NCBI GenBank assembly: GCA_964519935.1
Contig: CAZFLQ010000048.1
Coordinates: forward strand, 1-18,019
Direction of reading: 5' to 3'
Source of the DNA: an uncultured Puniceicoccaceae bacterium
GTDB lineage: Bacteria > Verrucomicrobiota > Verrucomicrobiia > Opitutales > Puniceicoccaceae
DNA length: 18,019 nt
In this document: piece by piece, positions 16,166 to 18,019 of the stretch
Position numbering within the stretch: the first letter of the stretch is position 1
Layout: the number at the start of each line of letters is the position of its first letter
Made by a program: the position numbers and the translations under genes
The notes under the pieces: model-generated
Seen by the model: the letters and a program-made list of their open reading frames with translations, nothing else
The model's database searches: none
What the model was told of the DNA's origin: nothing

Positions 16166-17995
16166 TCATTTCCGTCTCCCGGCAGGAAGCCAAAACGTGA
16201 AGGACGTTCCCTGCGGGGTTGAGTGGTTCAGGTGGATATCGCCACGGTGTCCGCGGAGAATGCTTTTAACGATAGCCAGCCCGAGACCGGTGCCGCCCTT
16301 GCGGTGGGTGAGGAAGGAATCAAAAATCCGGGGTTGAAGGTCGGGGGGGATTCCGCCCCCGCTGTCCTCAATTGTGATCTGGACGCGTTTTTCTTTTTTA
16401 AGGACGGTTGTTTCGATGCTGAGAGAACCGGGGCCTTCGATCGCCTGAACGGCATTGAGGATCAGGTTAAGGAGGACTTGTTGGATTTGTCCGCGATGGG
16501 CGGAAACGATCGGCTCGGTCGGGGCGGGGTTGTAATTGAGATGAATTCGGCTCTGATAAAGTTTGATTCGAACTAGTTGAAGGGTCTCGGCGATAACGGT
16601 GTCGAGATTGAGGGTGCTGAATTGCCCGCTTTTGGATCTTCCGTAGGTTAGGAATCGGCTGGCAATCTCTTCGAGTTGATCGAGTTTCTCGCGAATAACG
16701 CGGATATCCTGCAGGCGCATGTCACCCTCGGGAAGGTCGAGTTTGAGGGAGTTGAACAGTAACTTGATGACCGTGAGGGGGCTACGGATCTCGTGGGCGA
16801 GCTCGGAGGAAAGTTGACCGAGGGTCGTGAGTTTTTCGTTTCGGCGGAGAATTTCCTCGGATTCGAATATCCGGCTGTAGAGGCGGCTGTTCTCAATCGC
16901 GACGGCACCAAGGCTGGCGAGAGCAGTGAAGACCTGTTTCTCGTCGTTGTTAAAGCGGTGGGGTCGGCGAGTATAGGCATTGAGAATCCCGATAATTTCT
17001 TTTTCGTAAACGATGGGGGTCGCGAGCATTGAGGTCAGCCCGAGGTTCTGGGTGAGGTCGACAAAGTGATGTTCCTCGGTTTTGGCGAGATCGTGAACCT
17101 CGACCTGTTTGCGGCGACGGATCCCGGCACCGATCGAGCTCTCGTCAATATGAAGATCCTCGTGATATTCGAATCTGCCATCGGCAGTAAAAAGGGAGTG
17201 AAGGCGGAGGACGCTCTCGTTGGGGCTGAGGATGAAGAGGGCGGTAGCGTCGCAATTCATGAGGGCGCGAGCCTCTTCGGCGATACTGTCGAGGACATTG
17301 CCGAGTTCTTTTTTGGACACCACCTTCTGGCCGATCTTGACGAGTAATTCCATCTGTTTCGCACGGACACGGAGTTGGCGAAGAGCCCAGATTTGTCCGA
17401 TGACGCGGGATGCTTCACGGGTCAGAAGGGTGATAATCTTGAGATCGTCGGTGGTGAAGGCATCAGGACGGTCGCTGTCGACGTTAAGCACCCCGATTAC
17501 CTGGCCCTGATCCTCGAGAGGGACGGCAATTTCGGATCGGATGCCCTCGCGGATTTGAACGTAGCGGGGATCCAGCTCGGTCCGGGGGACAACCAGCGGG
17601 CGGTGATGAAGAGCGACCCATCCAGTGATCCCTTCGCCGAGAGCAAGCGCAATCGGGTAATCAGAGGGAGGGAGACCGCTGGCGGCCTCAATGACCAGTC
17701 TCTTGGTATCCGGATCAATCAGGGAGATGGAGGCACTTGAACCACCGAGGACGGAGACAACCGTGTTGAGGACGAGGGACAGAGCCTCCTTGGGGTCTTC
17801 GGTTTTTCCGACGAGACTGCTGATCCGGTAAAGCGAATCGATCAGCGAAGAGGCATCATCGGAAAGTGGTCCATTTTCGGGCATCGCAGGACGGAGTCTT
17901 GCGACCGATAAAAGGATGACAACGCAATTAGACGGATCTGGTTGACAGAACCCTCGACAAGATGGACGGCGAAAGGGGTCAAACCAATGTTTCAT
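16166..17995 (-). CDS. Cytoplasmic sensor histidine kinase with two GAF domains (GAF-GAF-HisKA-HATPase_c)
   Basis: Two GAF-like regions, the H-box 'ELAHEIRSPLTVI', and ATPase N/G boxes ('LILNAVQA', 'DSGGGIPPD', 'GGTGLGLAIV'). No TM segments. An in-frame ATG at 17884 is an alternative start. Confidence 0.8.
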   Translation of the reverse strand: MKHWFDPFRRPSCRGFCQPDPSNCVVILLSVARLRPAMPENGPLSDDASSLIDSLYRISSLVGKTEDPKEALSLVLNTVVSVLGGSSASISLIDPDTKRLVIEAASGLPPSDYPIALALGEGITGWVALHHRPLVVPRTELDPRYVQIREGIRSEIAVPLEDQGQVIGVLNVDSDRPDAFTTDDLKIITLLTREASRVIGQIWALRQLRVRAKQMELLVKIGQKVVSKKELGNVLDSIAEEARALMNCDATALFILSPNESVLRLHSLFTADGRFEYHEDLHIDESSIGAGIRRRKQVEVHDLAKTEEHHFVDLTQNLGLTSMLATPIVYEKEIIGILNAYTRRPHRFNNDEKQVFTALASLGAVAIENSRLYSRIFESEEILRRNEKLTTLGQLSSELAHEIRSPLTVIKLLFNSLKLDLPEGDMRLQDIRVIREKLDQLEEIASRFLTYGRSKSGQFSTLNLDTVIAETLQLVRIKLYQSRIHLNYNPAPTEPIVSAHRGQIQQVLLNLILNAVQAIEGPGSLSIETTVLKKEKRVQITIEDSGGGIPPDLQPRIFDSFLTHRKGGTGLGLAIVKSILRGHRGDIHLNHSTPQGTSFTFWLPAGRRK

Positions 17996-18019
17996 GATTT
18001 TTGAATTGCCTTGGCCTTA

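Noticed and set aside
1-18019. tRNA, rRNA or IS/transposase content
   Set aside because: I found no T-loop-like GGTTCGAATCC motifs, no rRNA-like stretches, and no transposase or integrase ORFs or terminal inverted repeats flanking any gene. The window looks like core chromosome.

Overview
This is a GC-rich (about 60+% GC) bacterial chromosomal window that is densely coding, with no rRNA, tRNA, IS element or CRISPR array visible. I can support 14 protein-coding genes. On the minus strand: accD, then 51 bp downstream the tightly coupled folC-truA-comF group (each stop overlaps the next start as ATGA), a flotillin/NfeD(YqiJ)-like membrane pair, pyruvate kinase, and a cytoplasmic GAF-GAF sensor histidine kinase. 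On the plus strand: a FabH-like thiolase translationally coupled to a haloalkane-dehalogenase-like alpha/beta hydrolase (an OleA/OleB-like pair with no OleC or OleD in the window), a class-I PLP aminotransferase coupled to the GTPase Der, and an isoprenyl-diphosphate-synthase-like protein with a degenerate second Asp-rich motif coupled to a family-B (Pol II-like) DNA polymerase. The most striking thing I see is at the sequence level: a near-identical ~24-nt element, GTATCCAAA-(2-3 nt)-ATGAATACA-R-AT, sits exactly on three unrelated overlapping stop/start junctions (folC/truA, aminotransferase/der, IPPS-like/polB), with a weaker fourth copy at truA/comF. It makes each upstream protein end in ..VSK(K/R) and each downstream protein begin MNT... 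Other observations: a 424-bp convergent intergenic region holding three tandem ~38-bp repeats that each carry a perfect 8-bp hairpin, plus a long imperfect inverted repeat; loss of three of the four AccD zinc-finger cysteines; and an orphan kinase with no adjacent response regulator. Most start codons lack an obvious Shine-Dalgarno sequence.
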